DNA of 64,000 nucleotides from Eledone cirrhosa (GCA_964016885.1 OZ024747.1:5146001-5210000), one strand, 5' to 3'. Numbered from the stretch's first letter, positions 1 to 15,060 are shown. Notes: generated from the sequence alone by a model not told the origin. Numbers and translations are program-made.

Positions 1-623
1 TAATTCATTAATAATATTTATATAAATAGATTAGTATACAAACCAATATATATATATAAAAATATATAAAGTATGTATATGTAAATAATGTAAGCAATTA
101 AATAGCTCAATAAAAGCTCACTTTAGAAAATTCATTGACACTTCAAATACTTAGCTAGGTCTGTTTATTACAGCCTCACCTATTTCTAAAACTATAGATT
201 AAGCTGATGTCGTTGGCTGAAGAACGTGTGAAAATTGTTCTCCTATCACCACAGAAAATGTTTTTAGCACCTCTTCATGTTTAAAATTATTATTTTAATG
301 TTCAGCTAAAATGGCCGCCATTTTTCCGTTCGTATTTGCTTTTACATTACACGTTATTTGGCAGTTGTCCAACGTGTATAAGTACAGGCACATTAACACA
401 CACACACACACACACACACTTACACACACACACACATACACAGACACACACACGCACGTGCACGCATACACACACACACACTCATACACATACACACACT
501 CATAATAATGTATATGCGCACAAATATATATGTACGCATACACACCTCTCTCTTTCTCCATATATATACACACACACATATATATATATATATATACACA
601 CACACATATATATATATATATAT

Positions 624-679
<56 letters not shown>

Positions 680-1059
680 TATCTATATAATATATGTATA
701 TATAATGTTTATATATGAATGTGTGTGTATGTATATATATATTTAGAGAGAAAGAAAGAGGGGGATATGTATGTATTTATATATGCATGCGTACAAACAA
801 ATATGAAGAAACTCACACACACGTACTCTCATACACTTACACAAACACACGTGAATACATACACACACAAATACATATATACATGAAGACAACCTCACAC
901 ATATACGTACAGACGCGTTCACCTCTACACATACTAACATATATATATATATACACACATGTACATACACCGATATTAATATACATACATATACATGCCC
1001 AAATACAAATATATATACATATACATACCAATATATAAATATACACACATGTACGTACC

Positions 1060-1119
<60 letters not shown>

Positions 1120-1605
1120 TGTACGTACCCATATATAAATATATACACATGTACATACCCAGAAATAAATATACATACCCTGATATAGATATATACACAT
1201 GTACATACCCTCATGTATATATGCATATACATACCCACATATATATATACACATACATATCCTGATATAGATATATACACATGTACATACCCTCATGTAT
1301 ATATGCATATACATACCCACATATATATATACACATACATACCCTGATATAGATATATACACATGTACATACCCATATATATATATATACACATACATAC
1401 ATACATACCCACATATATATACACATATACATACCCTGATATAGATATATACACATGTACATACCCAGATATATACATACATGTGTGTTTGTCTGTGTAC
1501 ATACCATCCCTACATATAAAATGCAAATGTAAAATTATAAAACATTTTCACACCGGGAAAACAATTAATGTAAAACTAGAATAAGCAGTATATGATGTTG
1601 TATAA

Positions 1606-2210
1606 TGGTAGTGGTGGTAGTGGTGGTGGTGGTAGTGGTGGGTGTTGTGTTGGTGGAGGTGGTGGTAGTGTTGGTGGTGGTAATGGTGGTGGTAGTGGTG
1701 GTGGTGGTGGTGGTGGTGGTGGGTGTTGTGTTGGTGGAGGTGGTGGTAGTGGTGGTAGTGGTGGTAGTGGTGGTGGTGGTGGTGGTGGGTGTTGTGTTGG
1801 TGGAGGTGGTGGTAGTGGTGGTGGTAGTGGTGGTGGTGGTGGTGGTGGTGGTGGGTGTTGTGTTGGTGGAGGTGGTGGTAGTGGTGGTAGTGGTGGTGGT
1901 GGTGGTGGTGGGTGTTGTGTTGGTGGAGGTGGTGGTAGTGGTGGTGGTAGTGGTGGTGGTGGTGGTGGTGCGGTGGTGGGTGTTGTGTTGGTGGAGTTGG
2001 TGGTAGTGGTGGTGGTAGTGGTGGTGCGGTGGTGGTGATGGTGGTAGTGGTGGTGGTTGTGTTGGTGGAGGTGGTAGTAGTGGTGGTGTTGTTGGTAGTG
2101 GTGGTGGTGGTGGTGGTGGTGGTTGTGTTGGTGGAGGTGGTAGTAGTGGTGGTGTTGTTGGTAGTGGTGGTGGTAGTGGTGGTCGTCGTAGTCGTTATGG
2201 TGGTAGTGGT
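1606..2210. repeat. (GGT)n-based compound repeat
   Basis: GGT/GTA triplets with recurring gggtgttgtgttggtgga. Similar tracts at 13086-13485, 25012-25405, 28240-28720, 29725-30200, 32740-33120 and 45480-46290. Confidence 0.9.
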
Positions 2211-2376
2211 TTGGGCTGTTGCGGAGGGGGAGGGCTGTGGTGATGTGATGCTTTGCTATGTATTCAACTTGTTTGTGTATGAGGGGGCCCTCCAAACCTC
2301 AAGTGCTCCGGGCCCCCTAAGGTCTAAATCCAACCCTGTACACTCTTACACCTACTACCCCCTTTTGTTTCTACTA

Positions 2377-2468
2377 TTGGCACAAGGCCAGCAATTACCC
2401 AGTACATTACTGGTACTTTATTTTATCGACAGCGTAAGGATGAAAGACAAAGTCAACCTCGGCGGGAT
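2377..2468 (-). mobile_element. SINE family 1 fragment
   Basis: Reverse complement of the family 1 core and 3' end. Confidence 0.75.
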
Positions 2469-2578
2469 ATATATATATATAACGGGGTGTGGGGAGACTT
2501 CGTAAATATATATACACACATTTAAAAATGTTTATACTGATACATACAGTGAATGAGCAGGATGTCGGATATATATAC

Positions 2579-2661
<83 letters not shown>

Positions 2662-2664
<3 letters not shown>

Positions 2665-2820
2665 TTTATCCCGGGTTTAATCGGGGGTAACCACAGTAAG
2701 TAAGGTACTCAATAAATGGCAGAGTATAGATATTTAATATAGAAACGCTTCTACAGGACTAGATCTGTTTCATTCGGTAGAAATCATCAGGAAGCCTGAT
2801 GATTTTTTTCCGAAAGAAAC

Positions 2821-2869
<49 letters not shown>

Positions 2870-3052
2870 AAAGGCTTCTACAGGACTAGAACTGTTTCTT
2901 TCGGAAAAAAATCATCAGGCTTCCTGATGATTTCTACCGAATGAAACAGATCTAGTCCTGTAGAAGCGTTTCTATATTAAATATCTATACTCTGCCATGT
3001 ATTGAGTACCTTACTTACTGTGGTTACCCCCGATTAAACCCGGGATAAACTT
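2662..3052. mobile_element. Inverted pair of TA-embedded elements with hammerhead-like CTGATGA..GAAAC motif (family A)
   Basis: 2662-2821 is the reverse complement of about 2893-3052, separated by (TA)n. Each copy is internally palindromic around ATCATCAGG..CCTGATGAT. A diverged copy lies at 16555-16732. Confidence 0.7.
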
Positions 3053-3063
3053 ATATATATATA

Positions 3064-3177
<114 letters not shown>

Positions 3178-3377
3178 CTACGTTAACTGCCGGTGTTGTA
3201 TTTTAATTTTAATTTTGCTTTGATTCTGTTTTAATATGATTTTAATTTTTGAATTTAAATTGCCATTCAGAAATAATATAATATATGTCACCCCACTGTG
3301 CATCAATATATACATATGTATCTGTATGTCTCTTGCGTTGGAAAGGAGGTCATGAATGTATACAAACATTAAATAAT

Positions 3378-3415
3378 GCTCCGAAGACATTGGTTTGGAT
3401 GAAACGATTGTAAGC
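3378..3415 (+). ncRNA. Degenerate minimal hammerhead-like motif
   Basis: GCT-CCGAAGA-cattggtttggat-GAAACGATTGTA-AGC followed by AATAAA and (TA)n. U4C change and weak helix II. Confidence 0.35.
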
Positions 3416-3447
3416 TAATAAATACAATATATATATATATATACAAT

Positions 3448-3509
<62 letters not shown>

Positions 3510-3512
3510 ACA

Positions 3513-4580
<1,068 letters not shown>

Positions 4581-5262
4581 TTATTTATAAATATATATAC
4601 AATATATATATCTGAATACCCTCTCACTCATTGTATGTATGCGTGTATATATATTTATAAAAGTGTGTATATATAAACTCCCCCACCCCCAGATAGGGGG
4701 TGGGAGAGTTTATATATACACACTTCTAGGATATTACTTAAATGTTCAACATCTTTGTACAAATGACATACAAGATTAAATATAACATTGGAGAAATAGT
4801 TATTTACAGGGAGAAAGTAGGGTTAGATCCCATGAAGTTCAAATGATGAGATCATGGAAGATGTGTCGTTAATGCCTTTCTCATTGGCATTAGTGAAAGT
4901 AAGAGAGATTTGAAAATCGACACAGAGATTTGAAAATGGAAGCTAAGTGTGTGGATCTGTTCATCTAAAGCTTATGAACCAATAACTTCGTCACAATTTA
5001 TGTACATGGAACCTAATTAACACTCAATCTATCATTTGAAACAAATCTGTCTTCTATTTTTTAATTTTTTTATTTTATTTTTAATATTAATCATGTGTAT
5101 CATTTGCTCCATAAACTATCGTGTAATGGCTGCCGCAACGGTCAGTTTGTAGAAAGATCGGGGTAATGGGGACAGAGTGAGATACAGAGCGAGCGAGAGA
5201 GAGAGACAATGAGAGAGAGAGTGGGAGAGACGAGGAGCGAGAGAGAGAGAGAGACAAGGAGC

Positions 5263-5300
<38 letters not shown>

Positions 5301-6277
5301 TATAGCGAGCGACAGAGAGAGGGAGAGACAGGGTGCAAGCGACAAAGAAAGAGAGAGAGCGAACGACAGAGAGAGGGAGAGACAAGAAGCGAAAGACAGA
5401 GAGAGAAAGAGGGATCGTCTGATCATTAGATATTCTCTGAAAAAAAAAAAAATGAAAAGAAAAGAAAAGTAAAATAATTATCGTTTATATTATTTTTTAT
5501 TTTATATTATTTCACCATTCAATGTCATTAAAAAGTTCTTAAAACAGAAGACTACACTGGCTCAAATGATTTCCTCGTGCCGTTCTTTGATTTATTGCCG
5601 AGATCAACGATTCGTTAGCTTCTGTCGTTTTTTCTGTCGTTTTTTTCTGGGGTTTTGGGGGTTTTATTTTATTTTATTTTTATGCAGTTCTGTAAAATTA
5701 TTTCGTGTCGAATTTTTCTTGGGTGTTTTTTTTTTTTGTATATTTTGTTATTTTTCTTTATTCTTCATTTATTCTTGTTTGTTTTACGATAATTTTCAGA
5801 GATAAATCAATACAAACTGTTCAAGAGAAACGTTCGCTGCCTATCTTTTCTTCCATTTTTTTGTTTGTTTTTTATTCTTTAATTTTTATTCTATTTTCAA
5901 ACGACGAAAGATCCTCCCCCCCCCTCACGTCATCTATTCCATCTGACTCTTCCTGTCTACCAACGTTTTCTTTCTGTCAAGTCTCTCTCTCTTTCTTTCT
6001 CTCTCTCTCTCCCTCTCTCTCTCATTTTATCTCTTTATCTCTCCCTCCATCTCTCATATTATCTCTCTCTCTCTCTTTTTACTCTCTCTTTCACTCTTTT
6101 ACTCTCTCTCTCTCTCTCTTTTTCACTCTTTTACACCCCCCTCTCTCTCTCTCTCTCTGTCATTTTATCTCTTTATCTCTCTTTTCATCTCTCATATATC
6201 TCTCCCTCTCATTTTATCACTTTATATTTCCCTCCATCTCTCATATTATCTCTCTCTATCTCTCTCTTTCATTCTTT

Positions 6278-6336
<59 letters not shown>

Positions 6337-6981
6337 ATATATATAACCCTTCATTACTCTCCATCGTCCTCTCCTCCTCTTAACATCACTTTCATCTCAA
6401 TATCCTCCATCTTTCTCATTCAATCATTTCTCTTCCTTTCTCTCAACTTCTCACTAATTCTTTCCTCGTCTAACTTCATAAGTTGTATCAATGTTTATGT
6501 AGATGTGATTACACGTGTGTCTCTAGATATGCCACGATAGACGTAGACATGTAGACACGTATACATCTATGCATATCTACATGTATACATGTACATATGT
6601 ATACATGTATACATTGTATACATATATACATGTATGCATGTCTACATGTGTGCATGTATACATGTCTACATGTATACATGTATACATGTATGCATGTATG
6701 CATATATACATGTCTACATGTCTACATGTCTACATGCATACATGTAGACATGTAGACATGTAGACATGTAGACATGTTGACATCTCTAAATTATACATGT
6801 ATGCATGTCTACATGAATACATGTAGATATGTAGACATGTAGACATGTAGACATGTAGACATGTAGACATCTCCTCTAAATTATACATGTATGCATGTCT
6901 ACATGAATACATGTAGATATGTGACGTGTGGTGTGACATACATATGTGTTTGTATGACAACTGTATGTGTAGATATGTTTA

Positions 6982-7061
<80 letters not shown>

Positions 7062-7152
7062 CTCCCTCCCTCCCTCCCTCCCTCTCTCTCTCTCTGTACT
7101 CATGTATGTGTTATACATAGATATATATACATACATATATATAAATAAATAG

Positions 7153-7184
<32 letters not shown>

Positions 7185-7340
7185 AGTGTGTGTGTGTGTG
7201 TGTGTGTGTATGCACGCGTTAGTAAGTATGTGGAAACATGAGTAACATCACTATTGGTGTTTGTGTCGCTGTTTTTATTTCTTCCTTGACATTTTATATT
7301 CTTTTTATTAAAACACACACACACACACACACACACACAT

Positions 7341-7378
<38 letters not shown>

Positions 7379-7454
7379 ACACATACACGCGCACTCCTAT
7401 ATGTACACACACACTCACACTATATATATATGCATGTATATATGAATCAAGGAA

Positions 7455-7950
7455 TAGGTGGCATTACTTACACAGATTCCCCTTGACTCTGTCACCATCC
7501 AATTCTAATGTTTATCATATTCAGCAGGTCAAAGAGATTGCAGTTTTTGTTGTCACAAATCTACTTGACATAGCTTTCGGTTTGTCGTCCTCTGCTAACT
7601 CTTACTTGTGAAGGCTCAGACAAAAGAACTTCACTAAGAATTTAGCTCTCCGGAAATGTCCTGTAAATCTGACTCTATACTCTTTGATGAGGTCTGATAT
7701 TGGATGAAGGTCAGACTATCCCTCCATGTGACATTCAAAGCCACTCTTATCATGTGAGTGTAGGCTCCATCTAATCTTTACAGTTTTGAGGTAAGGGTCC
7801 ATGCAGCCATACAATAGAACAGAGGTAACAGTTGTTTGAAAGCGGCTTTATTTCATGTTGTCTGGAAGACGAGATTTCCACACTAGAGTGAACATGTTGA
7901 TGGCACCCCAGGCCTTAACAATGTGTGTGTTTACATTGCTTTCTGATGAA
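7455..7950 (-). mobile_element. Degenerate LINE RT C-terminal remnant
   Basis: Minus strand reads ...HIVKAWGAINMFTLVWKSRLPD..TVTSVLLYGC.., typical of the post-RT region of RTE-like LINEs. Confidence 0.6.
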
Positions 7951-7974
7951 GGACTAGCGTCCGAAACGTTCAGA
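7943..7974 (+). ncRNA. Minimal hammerhead-like motif
   Basis: CTGATGA-A-GGAC-TAGC-GTCC-GAAACGTTC. Good helix II but poor helix I and III. Confidence 0.4.
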
Positions 7975-8415
7975 CCCTCTTCCTGCTATATCAAACCTTA
8001 ACCTAATATATCCCTTCCATATACTGTACCGATTGTGTTGTTATTTCTGTTTACCTTTTACATACATATATATATATATATGCGTATGGGTGGGATTAGA
8101 GTTGTGTATATCTTATGCTCATGAAGTTACTCCATTGAGGATCGAATTTCTTTGCAGAAGAGAAGTTATTCAAACATAGTCAAACCTCTTTATATAGGTG
8201 TCAACTTCAAGTCTTGATTCACTTGTATAATATATACCTATATATATATATATATGTATAATATACACCTATATATATATATATATATATATAACCCTTC
8301 TTTCACCGAAAAGAAGTAAGTGACATAGTCACTACTTTAAAACTGATAGCATATGGTCTTCTAAATGTTTTTAATTAAACATACGGTGTATTGCCAAATA
8401 TACTATACATACATT

Positions 8416-8511
<96 letters not shown>

Positions 8512-8960
8512 GAAGAAATTAAGAAAAATGAAACAAAAATAAAAAGAAATGACTTTTTCAGAACACATCACTTTCCATTTTGTGGCTTTGATGTTTTTGT
8601 TGGTGTTTTCAAAAATGTCCATTTTATTCATTCTCAATTGTCTTACTCCCTCTCCAGCAGATCTTTCAGTCTTTCTCTATCTCCTATCATAAATTTACTC
8701 TTTTTATCCCAGGAGGAAGGGTTTTTTTTTCATGGAATAACTTAGGTTGGATTTGGATCTGAGTTAAATCTTATGAAGACTCATTGAGAAATGGTGACAT
8801 AGAATTTGTGAAGTATGGGGGTGTGTGAAATTATTGGGTGTCACTTGTATGGAAGATGAGCTATTGTTAATGTGTGGGATGTGTTATAATATTGGGTGTC
8901 GATTATATAAGAGCGTGTAATGTTATTTGATTCAAAAGAACTATATTAATGTTATTTATA

Positions 8961-8983
8961 CAAATCTTTTCTCTATATTTCAG
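8961..8983 (+). other. Splice acceptor upstream of the start codon, implying an upstream non-coding 5' exon
   Basis: tcttttctctatatttcag| lies 62 nt before ATG 9046. Confidence 0.6.
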
Positions 8984-9045
8984 ATCTCATGTTGTCTCAG
9001 GAAGAGACGTCGTCACATTAATTATTTTGGAGCTGTATATACCGA

Positions 9046-11463
9046 ATGGAGAATATGTGGATTCATCTGTGCTTTTTGTTTTCATTATTGAAAACTATAT
9101 TTTGTGTAGATTTAACCTATCGAATTGAAGAAGGTCACAGAAGTGGTACCTTTGTAGGCGATATTTCCGCTGATATTCAGCTATTAGAGAGCTCCCCGGC
9201 ACGTGAGCGCACTCTAATATGGTTTAGCCAACTACAAAAAGACACAGTTAAAGGTTCTCATTTGTTTAACGTGTCTCGTACGGGGAAATTATACACAGCT
9301 CAAACATTAGACGCTGAGTGGTTATGTACGTATAACACAGAATGTTTTCGAACTGTAGATATTGCAGTACAAAAGAAAGAATCGTTTATCAAAATTTTAG
9401 AAATAAAGGTGATTATTTTAGACATCAACGACAACCACCCAGAATTCCCTTTCAAACAAATTAATCATCAGTTTTCGGAGACTGACGGGAAGGGAACGGC
9501 CAAGTCTATACCAAACGCCATTGACAAAGATGTCGGCATTCGAAATTCGCAGATAACTTATCAGCTCAGGAAAAACAGAGATGAACCATTTACACTGTCA
9601 GTTTCAAAAAAAGTAGATGGTACATCGAAACTTGGAATTATTCTTGAAAAGCCTTTAGACAGAGAAGTGAAAGACACTTACAATCTTCAAGTAATAGCTA
9701 AAGACGGGGGATATTCACAGAAACAAGGTATTTTAGATGTAAAGATCTCGGTGGCTGATGTAAATGACAATTCTCCTACTTTTAGCAAAGATCTTTACAA
9801 CGTATCAATCAGAAATACCCACCAAAGGGATATACCTGTTGTCGTTTTATCTGCCAGTGATTCTGATGATGGTAAAAACGGTAAAGTATCATTTCAGTAC
9901 AGTTCCAAGACTTCAGAATTGTCCAAATCCTACTTCTCCTTGAATAAAATCACAGGGGAAATATTCTTACAGCGAAAGTTTTCCTCACAACAGAAACACA
10001 TGTACAAGTTACTAGTAGAAGCCACTGACGGAGGCATTCCCCCTCTTAGTTCTGCAGCTATTGTTCTTGTGAATGTCATAAATCAAGAAAACAACCCTCC
10101 ACTGATCGATGTCAATTTCATCTCCCAGTCGAAAGGAAACACGGCGATGATTTCAGAAGGAATTGACGTTGGCAGTTTTATTGCCTTCGTGAAGGTCACA
10201 GACGAAGATGCTGCCAGAAATGGCGAAGTAAACTGTGACCTTCAACACGATACTTTACAACTGCAGAGTTTAGGAAGAAAGAAGTATAAAGTGGTTGTTA
10301 AAAATCGCATTAATAGGGAAACACAAAGCAACATGAAGTTCGCCATTGTTTGTCGCGACAAAGGCGTCCCTCCTCTGAAGACAAGCAGTGAATTTTCTCT
10401 GAACATCACAGACATTAATGACGTCCGACCTCAGTTTACTAAAACTGTATTTAGGTTTTTAACCTACGAAAACGAAGAATCTAATTTTCCCGTCGGATTC
10501 ATTAACGCCACTGACCCAGATTTAGGTCCCGGGGGTAAACTTTCATATTCTCTATCGACCGCAAATAATATTATTCTCCCGTTTGAGATTTCGGATTTCG
10601 GATTCATCTCGACAAGAGACTCATTAGACAGAGAACAACAGGATATTTATGAATTCCAAGTTTTAGTGAAAGACAATGGAATTCCATCACTAAGTAACAC
10701 AGCTAATGTAGTCGTGGAAGTAATGGATGAGAACGACAACGCTCCATACTTCACTTTTCCCAGTGTTAAATCTTTTAGTTTGGATGTTTATTACAATCCA
10801 CAAAGCGAGAATGACATCACCACATTAAGAGCCTCCGATAGAGACAGCCATGTAAATGCTTTCCTCCGCTACGAAATACTCGGAGGAAACAACAGGAAAT
10901 TGTTCTCTGTCAGTCCTTACACCGGTGTGATATCTTTCTCTCGAACTGTTTACCAAAATGACGCCGGCCTTTATGAGCTTCAGTTCGTTGTTAAAGACAG
11001 TGGCAGTCCGGTAATGTCGGCCACTACAACGCTATCCTTGTCGCTAACCGTCAGCAATAAAACATCTAAAATGTACACAGCACTCGATGTGCAATCAGAA
11101 GATAAAATACACATCAATTTTGTAATAATCACCATAGTTGCAGCTGTCATTGTGTCAGTCGCTATCGTAGTTTCCATAACCATATGTATTATCCAAAGAA
11201 ATAACCAAAGAGACGTTCAGTTCTATGACGCTCCGGAAGCTTCTAACAAATTCCTCACGGAAAACAAACAATCCGAATACATTTCGGATCATCTGTCCAC
11301 AAACTATAACATTCCTGTTACTATGGTGATAGATCAAAACACCAGTAGAAATTCACCGGCAACATTACCAAAACGGAAATCACCTTCGGATTACAAAGTT
11401 CAAAGCTGGAAAGGTTCCTCCCTGGGAGTACAACTTCATTCCAATATGCAGGGCAGCAATCAG
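9046..11463 (+). CDS. Protocadherin, large coding exon 1 (signal peptide, 6 cadherin EC repeats, TM, start of cytoplasmic tail)
   Basis: 829-aa ORF with hydrophobic N-terminus. Cadherin motifs DINDNHPEF, LDRE..DVNDNSPTF, DINDVRPQF, LDRE..DENDNAPYF, AxDxD and DGGxPPLS, plus EC1 C-x5-C (CTYNTEC). TM FVIITIVAAVIVSVAIVVSITICII at about 11119-11193. Donor CAG|GTGAGT at 11463/11464, phase 0 after 806 codons. Confidence 0.96.
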
Positions 11464-11684
11464 GTGAGTACTCTCTCCTATACATCTCGCTTTTCCTTCC
11501 TTCACACACAAATATATATTTTGTTTGCAAGATGATGATTCCTCCGTAGCTACTTGGAGATTTTTTATATGAGCGATCTTTGTCACTTGAATGATTAGCG
11601 AGACAATCTGAGTAGCATTAGAGTGGATTATCAACCTCAAACGAACAAATCAACACAACCACAGGCATTAAGGAATGTTTAGTA

Positions 11685-11970
11685 TGAAGGCATGTGGCCT
11701 AGGGATTAGAGTGTTGAGCTCATCATCATATGGTCATGGGTTTGATTCCAGAATTGGACAACACATTGTCTCCTTAAGCAAGACATTTCATTAAACGTTG
11801 TTTCACTCAACTCAGTTGAATAAAATGAGCACTAACAGTACTGGGCAAAGGGTGGATTTTATGAGGAACTAGTGTCCGGCCAAGTGTTGTGTTTTGTATT
11901 CGCGGTCGCTGAATGTTACAGGAAACTGGGTTTAGCCCCAGCCAGATGAGCTTCTGTGTTAGGGATAGAC
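11685..11970 (+). mobile_element. Diverged SINE family 2 copy
   Basis: gaaggcatgtggcctag..ggtttgattcc..tccttaagcaagacattt. Confidence 0.6.
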
Positions 11971-13797
11971 TTTAATGTTTCTCTTATCTAGCATGCTATA
12001 AGGATATACTTTCAACATGATTTTCTTTTCTAAGACAGTCCGCCGTAATTTTAGTAAGATTTTGCTGCTATTTCTAGCAGATCGTGTGTTTCCCTTGAGA
12101 CTCTCTCGTATTAGTTAAATTCCCTGGTCAAGTATGTAACATAATAACAATATTACATGGAAACATACAATCAAATCCCACCAGCTAAAACATACAAAAG
12201 ATGGCTATGGCTATTGTTTCTAGCAGCTTACGCAACCACGTAGACACTCTCGTTTTATTATCTTCCCTGATAGGTAAATGAATAAACAATGTAATTTACC
12301 TTACTTGCCTGGAGTTCGGAGAATCTGCATTATTCAATTTTTCCGATCGACTGATCTTAATAGAGTTACTTCCCCTACTTGCCGTGTTTAGATGTTAAAC
12401 ACTCTATTACATAAATGAGACCCTATTACATTCTGATTTAATATGAAAATACCTATGGCTCATCAGCGTGTGTTAAGTAAATACATTCCAGACAACTCTA
12501 AGAAGATTTGAGATAACCGCCTTGCAACACGTAGTAGAGAGAAGTGACTGCGTTCATAGGACAGTGAACCAGTGGTATTTGTGGAACGAGCGGCTAGAAA
12601 TGGCAGCCCAAAACCACTCAAAGAAAAGTGTTCAACCAAACAAGGAAACCTCGAACAAAAAAAAATAATAATATATATATATATATAAATTAAATTACAA
12701 AATAAAAACCGACTATGTTGATCGTTTCTGTGAAAGATTCCTCAATTGAGAAACAATCAGTGTTGTGCTTCATCGAATGTGAAATGAATGTCATCGATGT
12801 AGTGGTAACTTCTTACACATATCTTCTTGTTGTTGATGTTAATGTCGTTATCTGGTTCATTGTTACTTGTTGTTATTGTTGTTTGTCCTTGTTGTTGTAG
12901 TATCTATTGTTGTTGTTGTTCCGTTGTTATTGTGTTTGTTGTTGTTTTGTTTGTTGTTCTTGTGTCTGTTGTTGTTGTTGTTATTGTTGTGCAATTGAAT
13001 TCAATGTCCTGGACTTAATTACCGATTTAATTTCCACACCTTGACATCATTGTCATGGTGTTGGTCACTATATATCATTATAAGGATCATCACCGCCACC
13101 ACATCATTACCACAATTGCTCCCACCATCACCACCACCACAACCACCACAACCTCCTTCACCATCATCACTACAACCGTTTCTGCCATCACCACCATAAC
13201 TGCCACCAATATTACCACCATCATCACTACCACCGCTACCACTACTTTCACCACAACCATCATCACCAACACCAGCACGACCACCACCACCATCACCAGC
13301 ACCACTACCACCATCATCATCATCACCAACACCACCACCAGCACCACCACCACCACCACCATCATCATTATCACCAGCACCACTACCACCACAAAAATCA
13401 TCCTTACCACTATCACCATCACCATCATCACCACCACCACTATAATCACCACCACCACCACCACCATCATCATCGTCGTCATCATGATGGTGATATGTCA
13501 ACGACCGAGAGATAGAACCTACCATCTTCTCTACAGCCGGTCTAATTAAAGCCGGTTGATAAAATACTAGACCACATGATTTGTTGAGTGACAAAACTAG
13601 TTCCATAGATTACACCCCCTGCCGTGAGTCTAGTCAGACATACTGTTCCAACTCAATGCTCCTATCTATAATTACCCGTGTATAATACTATAGCAATATA
13701 TACAGTCGGGCGAGAGGAGCAAATTTATGAGGTATTCGGGTGCAAATTTCATCATTATTTTCCTCTTTTTTTTCTTTTATATATATATATATAAATA

Positions 13798-13880
<83 letters not shown>

Positions 13881-13981
13881 AAAAATGGAGTGCTGCGTGG
13901 TTGCACATGGGTTACATATGAATAAAATTAGTCCTTCATCAGTGATCTTCCAACCTTCATTGGTATTTCATCGCTTTAAAA

Positions 13982-14026
<45 letters not shown>

Positions 14027-14126
14027 GGTGTTGGATGCTTAAAGCGTCCGTATGCGGTAGGCCGTATGAGCACTCGATGCTCTCATAGAGCAGAGTATGA
14101 TAGGAAAATCTGCTTCGTAGAATCAA

Positions 14127-14222
14127 GACGTATCTGAGGACCTTGCGATTTTCAGTGTCAGGTTCGATCATCACATCGATTGTGCCTCGAGTTGATCATC
14201 AGAGAAACGATTGTAATATGTC
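14127..14222 (+). ncRNA. Partly decayed type I hammerhead ribozyme
   Basis: Helix I GACGTAT/ATATGTC. CTGAGGA at 14134-40. Long imperfect helix II. GAAACGATTGTA with GUA site after 14215. Sits inside a roughly 245-bp insert flanked by (TA)n. Confidence 0.55.
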
Positions 14223-14581
14223 CAATAAATTCCATTCGTCGCAACACTGATTCTCGTTTTTTCTGTTATATATATATATATAAATATATATATACAATAC
14301 ATAAACAGAGAAAGTCTTAGGCGATACTCCGACCAATTCCATCTCACTCAATAAACATTAGGATATACTTAAGTAATATCCCAATTTTATATATATTTAG
14401 CTTGCTTCGATTTTTTTGGCTCCGGTGGTTGTTGGCTTCACGTCCACTGTTTTCATTTTTCTGGCCTTTATAACGTATGTTAATTGCTCTGGTCTTCTTT
14501 TAGTCCATTGAGCGCTTGCCGCCAATCTCGAAGATTGCGTTTCGTTTTGTTTTTGGCCCCCGCCGAAATACGATCTCGCTG

Positions 14582-14678
<97 letters not shown>

Positions 14679-14737
14679 TATATGGTCACGTGTGAGTGTG
14701 TTTGTGTGCGTTTATGTGCATATATACATACATACAA

Positions 14738-14801
<64 letters not shown>

Positions 14802-14890
14802 TTATATACACCACCACCACCACTCTCAAGAGCGTGAACCTAATAAACTTTTATTTGTTTGGCTCACTGTTTTTGTTCCCGTCCAAGTTT

Positions 14891-14934
<44 letters not shown>

Positions 14935-15060
14935 GTAGGAGGTGAGTTTTATTGTAGTACAATAAAGCAATGCAGATATCGGATAAGAAGCACTCTACAG
15001 TTTGTGGGACTGGAGTATGCATAATATAAGATCAAAAGATGGTTAAAGGAGTTCCATATA

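Noticed and set aside
200-245. CTGAAGA..GAAAA hammerhead-like motif
   Set aside because: Helix II is too short and there is no helix I or III pairing.
1576-2295. Pro/His-rich 239-aa ORF resembling an extensin or formin
   Set aside because: Entirely a (GGT)n compound repeat.
14400-14585. Minus-strand GAAACGCAATC..GATTGGCG half-hammerhead (related copy at about 22290-22465)
   Set aside because: G sits at the cleavage position and no CUGANGA was found. It is a repeat family, but the ribozyme is not supportable.
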